Source of the DNA: Acidimicrobiaceae bacterium
Lineage (GTDB): Bacteria; Actinomycetota; Acidimicrobiia; Acidimicrobiales; Bog-793
DNA length: 53,855 nucleotides
Direction of reading: 5' to 3'
Assembly: GCA_027306925.1 (NCBI GenBank)
Contig: DAHUXW010000100.1
Location: 1 to 53,855, forward strand
In this document: positions 36,947 through 48,079 of the stretch, one piece after another
Layout of the letters: each line of letters starts with the position of its first letter
Position numbering within the stretch: the stretch's first letter is position 1
Notes under the pieces: model-generated
Databases searched by the model: none
What the model was told of the DNA's origin: nothing
The model's input: the letters and a program-made list of their open reading frames with translations, nothing else
Translations under genes and position numbers: made by a program

Positions 36947-38724
36947 CCCTTCAGGTAGTCGAGCAGCTGCTTCGGGTCGTGCGCGCGGTCGAAGGCGACG
37001 GTCTCGCTGATCTTGCGGTCACGGACGGCCTCCGCCAACGCCTGGTCCATCGTCTGCATTCCGCTCGAGCCGCCGGTCTGCATCAGGGAGTAGATCTGGT
37101 GGGTCTTCGACGAGCGAATGAGGTTGCGGATCGCGGGCGTGCAGACCATCACCTCGGCGACGGGCACGCGACCGACCCCGCCCTCGGCGATGACGAGCTG
37201 CTGGGTGACGACCGCCTCGAGCGCGCCGGCGAGCTGGACGCGCACCTGGTCCTGCTGGTTGGTCGGGAAGACGTCGACGATCCGGTCGATCGTCTGCGGC
37301 GCGTCCTGCGTGTGCAGGGTCGCGAACACGAGGTGGCCGGTCTCGGCCGCCGTGAGCGCGGTCGAGATCGTCTCGAGATCCCTCATCTCGCCGACGAGGA
37401 TGACGTCGGGGTCCTGGCGGAGCACGTGCCGCAGGCACTCGGCGAACGACGACGTGTCCTGCCCGACCTCGCGCTGGTTCACGATCGAGCGCTTGTGCTC
37501 GTGGTGGAACTCGATCGGGTCCTCGACGGTCATGATGTGGAGCGGCTTCGTCGCGTTGATGCGGTCGACGACCGCGGCGAGCGTCGTGGACTTGCCCGAG
37601 CCCGTCGGACCGGTGAGGAGCACGAGACCGCGCCGGAGGTCGGCGAACGACGAGATCGCCCGCGGCAGGTCGAGCGACTCGAGCGTCGGCACGCCGGGCG
37701 GGATGGTGCGGAAGACCGCGCCGACCGAACCGCGCTGCTGGAACACCGACAGACGGAACCGGCCCACGTCGGGGATCTCGTAGGAGGTGTCGAGCTCCTT
37801 CGAGGCCTCGTAGCGCTCCCGCACCGACTGGGGCAGGATCTGGAAGATCATGTCCCGCAGCACGAGCGGCTCGATGGGCTCGAGATCCTCGATCGGCCGG
37901 ATCGAGCCGTCGATTCGCACGGCCGGCGCGAATCGCGCCGCGAGGTGCAGGTCGGATGCGCCGTGCTCGACGGCGAAGACGAGCAGGTCGTTCACGTCGC
38001 TCGCGAACGGCCGCCCGAACGGGCCCGGGCGGCGGTCCGACGGCGCGGGACCGGACGGATCCGAGCGATCGGGCACGGGAGCCGGCCCGAGGTCGAGGAC
38101 GACCCGCGTCGAGGGCGAGTCCTTTTCGGCACCGCGGCCGTTCGCCGCCGAACCGGCCTCGAGCGGCCCGCCGTAGGGCGCCGAGGCTGCGGACGGCTGC
38201 ACCTCACGAGGTGCAGCACGCGTCAGTAGCTTCACCGAATCCTCCTCGTCGCCCATGCGCGTGCCCGTCGGGGATCCACCGTGCGCAATGAGCCTGTCGA
38301 TCACGACCGGGTCCGCGAGAACGCACCCGGCGATCCCGCAGTCGAGCGCCGAGGCGATCGACTGCAGGTGGTCCGCGGCAAGCGGCTCGGAGCACGCGAG
38401 CACGAGATAGCCGTCCTCGAGCCGCTGTCCGATCGCCCGGTGGTAGCGCGCGACCGCGAGCGGGACCGCGGCCGCGGCTGCGAGCGTCGGAGGGTCGCTT
38501 TCGAGGTCCACGGCGCGAAGACCGGAGATCGCCGACAGGCACTCGAGCGCCTCGGCGCTGTCGACGATCCCGTCGTGCGCGAGCAGGATCGCGACGGGTG
38601 TGCCGCTCGCGGCGCTGCGCGCGAGCGCGGCGCGCGCCGCGTCGGCGTCGAGCCGGCCGCTCGAGACGAGGGCCTCGGCGAGGCGCCGGGACCATTCCGA
38701 GACCGGAGTCGTTGCAATGCTCAT
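36943..38724 (-). CDS. pilT: Retraction ATPase PilT with an N-terminal MshEN/GSPII-like extension
   Basis: GPTGSGKST, EDPIE, LRQDPDVILVGEMRD, GHLVFATLHT, AIRNLIRS and GMQTMDQ, preceded by ~240 extra residues. Confidence 0.92.
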   Translation of the reverse strand: MSIATTPVSEWSRRLAEALVSSGRLDADAARAALARSAASGTPVAILLAHDGIVDSAEALECLSAISGLRAVDLESDPPTLAAAAAVPLAVARYHRAIGQRLEDGYLVLACSEPLAADHLQSIASALDCGIAGCVLADPVVIDRLIAHGGSPTGTRMGDEEDSVKLLTRAAPREVQPSAASAPYGGPLEAGSAANGRGAEKDSPSTRVVLDLGPAPVPDRSDPSGPAPSDRRPGPFGRPFASDVNDLLVFAVEHGASDLHLAARFAPAVRIDGSIRPIEDLEPIEPLVLRDMIFQILPQSVRERYEASKELDTSYEIPDVGRFRLSVFQQRGSVGAVFRTIPPGVPTLESLDLPRAISSFADLRRGLVLLTGPTGSGKSTTLAAVVDRINATKPLHIMTVEDPIEFHHEHKRSIVNQREVGQDTSSFAECLRHVLRQDPDVILVGEMRDLETISTALTAAETGHLVFATLHTQDAPQTIDRIVDVFPTNQQDQVRVQLAGALEAVVTQQLVIAEGGVGRVPVAEVMVCTPAIRNLIRSSKTHQIYSLMQTGGSSGMQTMDQALAEAVRDRKISETVAFDRAHDPKQLLDYLKG

Positions 38725-38767
38725 GCGACCACCTTGTCCGCTACTCCCACGTACGTCGCGGTCCGGG

Positions 38768-41215
38768 TCATACGATCACCCTCAGGATCTCCTCGAGGCT
38801 CGTGAGCCCCATCGCGGCCTTGCGAAGGCCGTCGCGGTGAAGCGTCGTCATCCCTTCGAATATCGCGAGGCGCTTGATGTCCTCGGTCGACGCGCGCGCG
38901 AGGATCGCCCGCTCGACCTCCTCGGTGACAGGCATGACCTCCTGGACCGCGAGCCGGCCCCGATAGCCGGTTCCGCTGCACGCCTGGCAACCGACCGCTC
39001 GGCGGAACTGGAGCTCGCCTGACTCGGGCGCGTCGGCCTCGACCCAGCGCGACGCGATGAGCTCCTGCTGGGTCGGCTCGTACGGCTCGGCGCAGACGTC
39101 GCACAGCAGCCGCGCGAGCCGCTGCGCGAGCACGCAGTCGAGCGCCGAGCAGACGAGGAAGGGCTCGACGCCCATCTCGATGAGCCGCAGCGGCGTGCTC
39201 GCTGCGTCGTTCGTGTGAAGGCACGTGAGCACGAGGTGGCCGGTGAGCGCGGCCTCGATCGCGATCGTCGCGGTCTCACGGTCGCGGATCTCGCCGACGA
39301 GCACGATGTCGGGGTCGGAACGCAGGATCGACCGGAGCGCGCTCGCGAAGCTGAGGCCGGCGCGCGGGTTGACCTGCACCTGGTTCACGCCTCGCAGCTG
39401 GTACTCGACGGGGTCCTCGACCGTGATCAGGTTCCGCTCGGGCAAGTTGAGCTTGTTCAGCGTCGCGTACAGCGTCGTCGACTTCCCCGACCCCGTCGGA
39501 CCGGTCACGAGGATCGTCCCGGACGGCTTCTTGTACGACTCCTCGTAGCGGGAGAGGACCTCGGGCAGGAAGCCGAGGCGCGCGAGGTCGAGCGGCGCGG
39601 TCGACTTGTCGAGCACCCGGAGGACGACCTTCTCGCCGTGCACGGTCGGGAGCGTCGCGACGCGCAGGTCGATCTCGCGCGCGCTCGCGGTGAGCGACAG
39701 GCGTCCGTCCTGGGGGACCCGGTGCTCGGCGATGTCGAGGTCGGCCATGATCTTGAGACGGGAGATCACGCCGCCCTGGATGGACTTCGGGGCGCTCGTC
39801 ACGTGGTGGAGCACGCCGTCGATCCGGAAGCGCACCTGCAGGTCGTCCGAGCTCGGCTCGACGTGGACGTCCGAGGCCCGCTCGTTGAGCGCCTGGCGCA
39901 GGATGAGGTTCACGAACTTCACGATCGGCGCGTCCTCGACGACCGCGTGGAGGTCGTTGAGCTCGCCGAACTGCGTCGCCTCGGAGGCGGCCGCCGAGAG
40001 TGCGGCGTTGCGCGCCGCGACGTTCGCCTCCTCGTTGTGCCGGTAGGTCCGCGACAGGTAGTCCTCGACCTGCTGCGCCGTGCAGATGACCGTGACAACC
40101 TCTCGGCCGAGCAGCGTCCGGACGTCGTCGAGCGCGAACACGTCGGACGGGTTGACCATCGCGATGATCGGACGGTCGCCGCGGAAGCCGATCGCGATGA
40201 TCCGATACCGGCGCGCGAGCGACTCGGGGAGCAGCTGCGCGGCGACCGGGTCGATCGCCCAGTTGTTCAGGTCGACGAACTCGATGCCCTCGACGAGCGC
40301 GACCGCTCGTTGCAGGTCGGCCTCGCTCACGATGCCGAGCTCCGCGATGATCTCGCGCAGCGAACGGCCCGACGACTGCTGATGGCGCAGCGCGACCTCG
40401 AGGTCCGCCGCGCTGACCGCACCGGCATCGAGAAGGACCTGTTCGAGCGCTGGCTTCGGCCCGCTGAGGTCCACGGGCGCGACGAGGTCGTCCGGCTCGT
40501 CGAACAGCGCGCCGGGCGCGAGGGCGCTCGCGTCCGCCCCGCCGGGCTCGACCGTCGCGACGACGTCGAGGTCGCCACCGTCGGCCAAGGCGCCGGTCGT
40601 CGCCGCCTCGACCTCGGGGGCGTCCTGCACCGTGCCCTCGGTGGGCTCGTCCGAGATCACCTCGCCGCCGGCTTCGCCGGGCGCGGCCTCGCCGACGCCG
40701 GGGACAGCCGCGCTCCCCGCCGTCCAGTCGTCGAGGCCGTCCGCGCCCGTCGGCACGAGCTCGGCGGGTCCCGCTGCCGCAGCGGGACGCCTCGCACCGG
40801 TCGTGGTCGGTGACGCCGTGCCGCGCTTCGGGCTGTTCGCGTAGACGCGATCGATCCAGCGGTCGATCTGGATGCCGCTCGCGACCACGATGTGCACGTC
40901 CCGCCCAGCGGCGAGGTAGATGTCGTCGAGCAGGAACAGGTCCTCGGGGGTCGCGACCGCGACGACGGGCAGCCCGTAGCGCCAGCCGACGGCGACCGCG
41001 CGGTCGCGGCGCGACCGGTCCTCCGGGAGCACGTCCGCCGACGTCGGGTCGAGCTCGAACATCTCGAGGTCGACGAAGTCGAAGCCGGCCTGGATCGCGG
41101 CCTGCCGCGCGCGGGCGATGTCCTCGGCGAGGAGCGTCGCGTCGGCGTCGTCGGAGGCGAAGGTCACTGCCGGGAACTCCGCCTCGACGACGTCCTCGTC
41201 CGCCATGGACACCAT
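38768..41215 (-). CDS. pilB: Extension ATPase PilB (GspE/PulE family)
   Basis: ASDVHVEP, PQDGR, GPTGSGKST, LRSDPD, Zn motif CDVC..CQAC; duplicated N-terminal domains. Confidence 0.95.
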   Translation of the reverse strand: MVSMADEDVVEAEFPAVTFASDDADATLLAEDIARARQAAIQAGFDFVDLEMFELDPTSADVLPEDRSRRDRAVAVGWRYGLPVVAVATPEDLFLLDDIYLAAGRDVHIVVASGIQIDRWIDRVYANSPKRGTASPTTTGARRPAAAAGPAELVPTGADGLDDWTAGSAAVPGVGEAAPGEAGGEVISDEPTEGTVQDAPEVEAATTGALADGGDLDVVATVEPGGADASALAPGALFDEPDDLVAPVDLSGPKPALEQVLLDAGAVSAADLEVALRHQQSSGRSLREIIAELGIVSEADLQRAVALVEGIEFVDLNNWAIDPVAAQLLPESLARRYRIIAIGFRGDRPIIAMVNPSDVFALDDVRTLLGREVVTVICTAQQVEDYLSRTYRHNEEANVAARNAALSAAASEATQFGELNDLHAVVEDAPIVKFVNLILRQALNERASDVHVEPSSDDLQVRFRIDGVLHHVTSAPKSIQGGVISRLKIMADLDIAEHRVPQDGRLSLTASAREIDLRVATLPTVHGEKVVLRVLDKSTAPLDLARLGFLPEVLSRYEESYKKPSGTILVTGPTGSGKSTTLYATLNKLNLPERNLITVEDPVEYQLRGVNQVQVNPRAGLSFASALRSILRSDPDIVLVGEIRDRETATIAIEAALTGHLVLTCLHTNDAASTPLRLIEMGVEPFLVCSALDCVLAQRLARLLCDVCAEPYEPTQQELIASRWVEADAPESGELQFRRAVGCQACSGTGYRGRLAVQEVMPVTEEVERAILARASTEDIKRLAIFEGMTTLHRDGLRKAAMGLTSLEEILRVIV

Positions 41216-41454
41216 CAACGCTCCGCCACGCGGCACGGCCCGTCCACGGGCGACGCGATCGACCGGCGGGCGCGTGTCGAGACGAGGGCCGCGGTACCAC
41301 GGGTCGGCACCGGCGCCGCGTAGTAGCGTCGCCGCGGCACGCTCGGCGTCTGCTCGACAACAAGGGACACTGTGCGCCTCCTGGAGATGTTGACGGCAGT
41401 TCCGGGCTGCGGATTGAACGCGAACTCGCCTCCGCCGGACCGGACGGCACCCCG

Positions 41455-42219
41455 GTGATCGCGGGCGCCGTCGCGGCGCTGTTCGGCCTGGTCGTAGGAT
41501 CGTTCCTCACGGTCGTCACCGCCCGCGTGCCCGAGGGCGAGTCGGTCGTCGCTCCCGGCTCACGCTGCCCGACCTGCGGCGCGCCGATCCGGCCGCTCGA
41601 CAACGTGCCGCTCGTCTCCTACGCGCTCCGGCGAGGTCGCTGCCGTGCGTGCGGCACGCACATCTCGCTGCGCTACCCCGCGACGGAGCTCGCGACGGCG
41701 GCGCTGTTCACGGCCGTCACCGCGCGCGTGCCGACGCTGTGGGCCGCCCCTGCGTACTGCGTGCTCGTCGCCGGGCTCGTCGCGCTCTCGGTCGTCGACC
41801 TCGAGCGCTTCCGCCTCCCGACGCCGATCATCGTCGCGACCGGCGTCGTCGGCCTGCCGCTGCTCGTGCTCCCGGCGGTCGCGAACCACGACCTCTCGTC
41901 GCTCGTGCGAGTGCCGGTCGCCGGTGCGGCCGGCTTCGCCCTGCTCGGGGTCGTGTTCGTCGCGGCGCCTCGGGGCATGGGCTTCGGCGACGTCCGTCTC
42001 GCCGGCCTCTGCGGCGCGTTCCTCGGATGGCTCGGGTATCGCGTCGTCGCGGTCGGGCTCGTCTTCGGCTTCGTGTCCGCCGGCGCCGTCGCGGTCGTGC
42101 TGCTCGCGCTCGGGCGCGCCGGACGAAAGACGCGCCTACCGTTCGGACCGTTCCTCGCGCTCGGCACCGTCGTAGCGGTCCTCTTCGGACCCGACCTCGC
42201 GCGCGCCTGGCTCGGCTGA
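41455..42219 (+). CDS. pilD: Prepilin peptidase / N-methyltransferase
   Basis: GSFLTVV..RVP, SRCPTC..CRAC, DLERFRLP, GMGFGD and LPFGPFL motifs. Start inferred. Confidence 0.93.
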   Translation: MIAGAVAALFGLVVGSFLTVVTARVPEGESVVAPGSRCPTCGAPIRPLDNVPLVSYALRRGRCRACGTHISLRYPATELATAALFTAVTARVPTLWAAPAYCVLVAGLVALSVVDLERFRLPTPIIVATGVVGLPLLVLPAVANHDLSSLVRVPVAGAAGFALLGVVFVAAPRGMGFGDVRLAGLCGAFLGWLGYRVVAVGLVFGFVSAGAVAVVLLALGRAGRKTRLPFGPFLALGTVVAVLFGPDLARAWLG

Positions 42220-42281
42220 GCCGGGCTGCTCGCGGCGCGGGGCCGCCACCGGGCGCCGGGCGCCGGGCGGGTCCTTCTCGG

Positions 42282-43379
42282 TCAGCCGAGGACCGACTGG
42301 GCCATCCCCTGGCGCTGCAGCATGATGCGCAGATCGTGCGAGTTGGGCGCCGAGGCGATCGCGGCCTCGACGTCGATGGCCCCCTCGCGGAGCAGGCCGA
42401 CGAGGGACTGCGCGAACGTCTGCATCCCGTAGTAGTCGCCCTCGGCCACGATCTCGGCGATGTTGCTCGTGTGCACGGGCTCGACGATGCACTGCTGGAT
42501 CCGGCCGTTCACGACCATGATCTCGAGCGCGGGCACGCGCCCGGAACCGTCCGCGGTCGTGACGAGGCGCTGGCAGATCGTGCCCCGCAGCGCGCCCGCG
42601 AGCGAGAGCCGGGCCTGGCGCTGCTGGCTCGGAGGGAAGAAGTCGATGATCCGGTTCACCGTCTCGACCGAGTCGCCCGTGTGCAGCGTCGAGAGCACGA
42701 GGTGCCCCGTCTCGGCGGCCGTGAGCGCGGTCTCGACCGTCTCGGGGTCGCGCATCTCGCCGACGAGGATGACGTCGGGATCCTCGCGCAGCGCCGAGCG
42801 AAGCGCGACGTTGAAGTTGTCGGTGTCGAATCCGACCTCCCGCTGGCTGATCGACGCGAGGTTGTCCCGGTGCAGCACCTCGATCGGGTCCTCGATCGTC
42901 ACGATGTGGCACTCGCGCGTCTTGTTCAGGTGGTCGATCATCGCGGCGAGCGTCGTCGTCTTGCCGCACCCGGTCGGTCCGGTCACGAGCACGATCCCGC
43001 GCGGCTCCTCCGCGAGCCGGCGCACGGCGTCCGGCAGGCCGAGCTCGGCGAGCGTCTGGGTTCCGGGCCGGACGTGACGGAAGACCATCGACACGGTGCC
43101 GCGCTGGCGGAACGCGTTGACACGGAAGCGGCCGAGCTGGGAGACCGAGTACGCGAAGTCGGCCTCCGACGACACCTCGAACCGCTGCCACACGCGCTCG
43201 TGCATGATCGCCTTCGCGAGCTCCTCGAGGTCGCCGCCGTCGATGACCCGCTGGTCCGTCATCCGGCGCAGGACGCCGTTCACGCGCATGCGCGGCGGCG
43301 AGCCGGCCTTGACGTGAAGGTCGGAGCCCTCCGCCTTCACGAGCTTGCCCAGGACCGCGTCCAGATCGTGCTGATCCAT
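42282..43379 (-). CDS. pilT: Second PilT/PilU family retraction ATPase
   Basis: GSDLH, GPTGCGKTT, LREDPDVILVGEMRD, GHLVLSTLHT and GMQTF; the AIRNLIRE motif is replaced by RIQQCIVE. Confidence 0.9.
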   Translation of the reverse strand: MDQHDLDAVLGKLVKAEGSDLHVKAGSPPRMRVNGVLRRMTDQRVIDGGDLEELAKAIMHERVWQRFEVSSEADFAYSVSQLGRFRVNAFRQRGTVSMVFRHVRPGTQTLAELGLPDAVRRLAEEPRGIVLVTGPTGCGKTTTLAAMIDHLNKTRECHIVTIEDPIEVLHRDNLASISQREVGFDTDNFNVALRSALREDPDVILVGEMRDPETVETALTAAETGHLVLSTLHTGDSVETVNRIIDFFPPSQQRQARLSLAGALRGTICQRLVTTADGSGRVPALEIMVVNGRIQQCIVEPVHTSNIAEIVAEGDYYGMQTFAQSLVGLLREGAIDVEAAIASAPNSHDLRIMLQRQGMAQSVLG

Positions 43380-43412
43380 TGATCGCCCTCCTCGGGCGCT
43401 GCTAACGGACGG

Positions 43413-43871
43413 TCACGGATCCCGATTGAGCTGGTCGCAGATCCTCCCGAGGAAGGCGCGCAACGTCGACTCGGCGACGCGGTGGAGCAGCAGTTGGTCG
43501 ACGCCCCTGCCGATCGCCCCGCCCGGCGGTTTGTACCGGGCGCGAAGCACGACCTCGGTCCTCGCGAGCCCGAACGGCGCGGCCTCGAGATCTGCGTCCA
43601 GCTGGGGAAAGAGCGATCCTGCGGCCGTCGCGCTCCACGAGAACGCGAGCAACGCCCGGTCGGCGAGGACCCGCACCGGTCCACGTTCGATCTCCACGGC
43701 CCTCGCGAGCAGCGCCGGCCAGGTCGGCGGGCCGACCCGGACCCGCAGGCGCTCGCCCTCGGCGCGCGCCGAGTCGAGCGCGCCGCCGAGCAGCGCGTCG
43801 GCCTCGCCCTCGAGGCGCGCCGCGACCCGGTCGAACGCCTGGTCGACGAGTGCGAAGTCCTGGACGAACAC
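43413..43871 (-). CDS. Conserved hypothetical protein (possibly SRPBCC-like)
   Basis: LFPQLDADLE, YKPPGG..G..D..LLHRVAESTLRAFL; co-oriented between usp and pilT2. Confidence 0.75.
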   Translation of the reverse strand: MFVQDFALVDQAFDRVAARLEGEADALLGGALDSARAEGERLRVRVGPPTWPALLARAVEIERGPVRVLADRALLAFSWSATAAGSLFPQLDADLEAAPFGLARTEVVLRARYKPPGGAIGRGVDQLLLHRVAESTLRAFLGRICDQLNRDP

Positions 43872-43906
43872 GCTCGGATCCGTCGGTCCGCCGCGATCGG
43901 ACCCGG

Positions 43907-44383
43907 TCAGGAGCGGACGATCGTGACGGGACAGTGCGCGTGCTGCGCAACCTGCGCGCTCACCGAGCCGAGGAGCAGCCCCGAGAAGCCGCCGCGGCCA
44001 CGCGACCCGACGACCACGAGGACGGCGTTCTTCGCCGCCTCGAGGATCTGCTCGGCCGCGGGCCCCTCACGAAGATCTCGCTCGACCGGCATCCCCGGCT
44101 TCGGGCCGAGTACGTGCACGACCTGGCGCTCGAGGTCCTCCCTCGCCGCCGGCTCGATGTCCTCGAAGGCTGCGGGCGGGAGGTACGCGCTGTAGCTCCA
44201 GGTCGGGAGGCTCCAGGAGTGCACGACCCGGAGCGAGGCGCCCCGGAGCCTCGCCTCCTCGGCCGCCCACGCGAGCGCGGCGTCCGACGCCTTGGAGCCG
44301 TCGACGCCGACGACCACGACCGGACCGTCGGCCGACTCGTCCGTACGCCCCTCGTCCTCGCGACCCACCGACCCCACGTCCAC
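43907..44383 (-). CDS. Universal stress protein
   Basis: VVVGVDGS, VVGSRGRGGFSGLLLGSVS and HAHCPV motifs. Confidence 0.95.
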   Translation of the reverse strand: MDVGSVGREDEGRTDESADGPVVVVGVDGSKASDAALAWAAEEARLRGASLRVVHSWSLPTWSYSAYLPPAAFEDIEPAAREDLERQVVHVLGPKPGMPVERDLREGPAAEQILEAAKNAVLVVVGSRGRGGFSGLLLGSVSAQVAQHAHCPVTIVRS

Positions 44384-44432
44384 GATCGACCACCTCCGCG
44401 AGTGATGGTCGCATCAGGTTGGCGGGCGCAAT

Positions 44433-44448
44433 AGGGCCGTTCGGACCT
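44433..44448. promoter_or_regulatory. Putative DosR/DevR box upstream of usp
   Basis: AGGGCCGTTCGGACCT has 2 mismatches to the GGGAC-N4-GNCCC core. Confidence 0.5.
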
Positions 44449-44472
44449 GTTCGCGCGGCGGGCGCGGGACGG

Positions 44473-46342
<1,870 letters not shown>

Positions 46343-46369
46343 GCTCGGGCGGTGGCCCTCCGGACGCGG

Positions 46370-46406
46370 CACCACCCGGCCCGATGGAACTCCGGGCCGG
46401 GTGGTG
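46370..46406. terminator. Hairpin between convergent genes
   Basis: 14-bp perfect stem CACCACCCGGCCCG/CGGGCCGGGTGGTG with a 9-nt loop. Confidence 0.65.
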
Positions 46407-46439
46407 GCCTCGCCAGGAGCCGGCGAGCCTGGTGGGGGG

Positions 46440-47045
46440 TCAGACGGTCGTCAGCTCCCGATTCTCCGCGGCATGTGCGAGGAGCTCAGCGCTCTCGGGC
46501 ACCTTGCGGGAGTGCACGAAGCCGAGCGCCACGAGCAGTGCCATGACACCGGCGAGGACGAAGGACGCGATCGCCGCCCACAGGGCGATGACCGCGAACT
46601 GCGAGAAGCCGTACGCCTCGAGTAGCAGGCCGCGAAGCGTGGTCCCACGGAACGTGGTCTGGACCTCGGCGGCGAGCGCCGCGTTCTTCGGGGCCGCCAT
46701 CGACGCCGCGCTCACCTTCGAGTACACGCCGCCGTACGGCATCTCGGACAGGTGCACCGCGATGAAGTGGTTCGCGTACGCCTCGGCCTGGGCGCCGGTC
46801 GTGAGCTGCTGGCCCGCGTACTTGAGCAGGTAGGGCTTCATCCCGGGCGTGATCTCCGTGCCCGGCTTCGCGTTCGCGAACGCTGCCTTGCTGGGGAAGA
46901 AGATCTGCTGCTGGGCGAGCTGGTTGTGGACGTTTGACGTCGCGAAGCTGTTTCCCCAAAGGAGCAGGGATCCGGCGACCAGAAGCACCACCACGATCAC
47001 TGCCCCCACTGCGCTTGCCAGAACATCGAATACCTTGCGTCGCAT
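46440..47045 (-). CDS. Two-TM membrane protein of unknown function
   Basis: AGAGGAG SD; N- and C-terminal TM segments around GQQLTTGAQAEAYANHFIAVH and FRGTTLRGLLL. Confidence 0.85.
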   Translation of the reverse strand: MRRKVFDVLASAVGAVIVVVLLVAGSLLLWGNSFATSNVHNQLAQQQIFFPSKAAFANAKPGTEITPGMKPYLLKYAGQQLTTGAQAEAYANHFIAVHLSEMPYGGVYSKVSAASMAAPKNAALAAEVQTTFRGTTLRGLLLEAYGFSQFAVIALWAAIASFVLAGVMALLVALGFVHSRKVPESAELLAHAAENRELTTV

Positions 47046-47107
47046 CTCGTGCTCCTCTCGTGAAAACGATCTGGGAACACGATGCCGTGCCGGGCTCCGC
47101 GGCAACA

Positions 47108-47121
47108 GGGTCGAACGACCC
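47108..47121. promoter_or_regulatory. Putative DosR/DevR box
   Basis: Perfect dyad GGGTC-GAAC-GACCC about 63 bp upstream of the start at 47045. Confidence 0.55.
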
Positions 47122-47165
47122 GGCCGGAGGGCCCAACTCTCGCGGCGCCCGTCGGCGCCGCGCCG

Positions 47166-48015
47166 TCACCCCCGGCGGCGGAGCAGCGTCTCGTCCCCCG
47201 GGCTCAGGCGGTCCGAGGCCGTGTTCGCCTGGTGCCAGTAGGGATAGACCATGCGCGGCGCGCTCACCGCGTCGAGCCGAGCGCGCTCGTCGGACGCGAG
47301 CGTCCAGTCCACCGCGCCGAGGTTGTCGGCGAGCTGCGCCTCGGTGCGTGCGCCGACGACGACCGGGCTCACCGCGGGCGTGGCGAGCAGGTAGGCGAGC
47401 GCGGCCTGGGCAGGGGACCGCCCGTGCGCGGTCGCGACCTCAACGACCTCGGCCCGCTCCTCGTCGAGATCGGCGGACCGCCCGTGCGCGGTCGCGACCT
47501 CGGTGAGCGCCTCGACGATGTCGTACATCCGCCCCTCGTCGTGGACGGGGGGCTCCTTCCACTGCGACGAGCTCGCGTGGCGGGCGCCCGCGGGCGCCGC
47601 CTCGCCGCGCCGGTACTTGCCCGAGAGAAGCCCGCCCGCGAGCGGGCTCCACACGAATGCCGAGCCCCTCGTCGACCGGCGTACGACCGTCGCGCTCGTG
47701 GACCTGGTAGAGGTCGATGTAGTCGGTGTCGAGCCGGCGGAGGCTCGCCTCGCAGGCGCGCACGAGGTAGCCGCGCGCGAGCCCGCCCTCGTTCGGTCCG
47801 CCGTCGAGCGCGAACCTCGCCTTCGTCGCGAGCACGACGCGGTCGCGGCGGCCTGCGAGCACCTCGCCGACGGTCTCCTCGGAGCGCCCGAGCGAGTAGA
47901 CGTCCGCCGTGTCGACGACGTTCGCTCCCGGGTCGAGCGCCATGTCGACGATCCGCCGAGCCTCGTCCACCTCGGAGGTCCCGACCTGAGCGAGGCCGCC
48001 TCGTCCTCCGAAGGA
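47166..48015 (-). pseudogene. Aldo/keto reductase pseudogene
   Basis: DTADVYSLGRSEE, VLATK and SLRRLDTDYIDLYQVH in one frame; WSPLAGGLLSGKY and GARTEAQLADN in another. The 5' end and a central block are missing, and there is an internal duplication. Confidence 0.88.
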
Positions 48016-48079
48016 CGAACGCAGGCTACCGGACGGCCGCGATCCGGTTCCGGCGCGACCGGGTCAGAACCGGCGCGTC

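Noticed and set aside
27507-43379. Type II secretion, Tad or Com pseudopilus system
   Set aside because: Two PilT ATPases, PilM/N/O and a PilB with a Zn motif indicate a retractile type IVa-like pilus; there is no secretin and no Flp/Tad gene.
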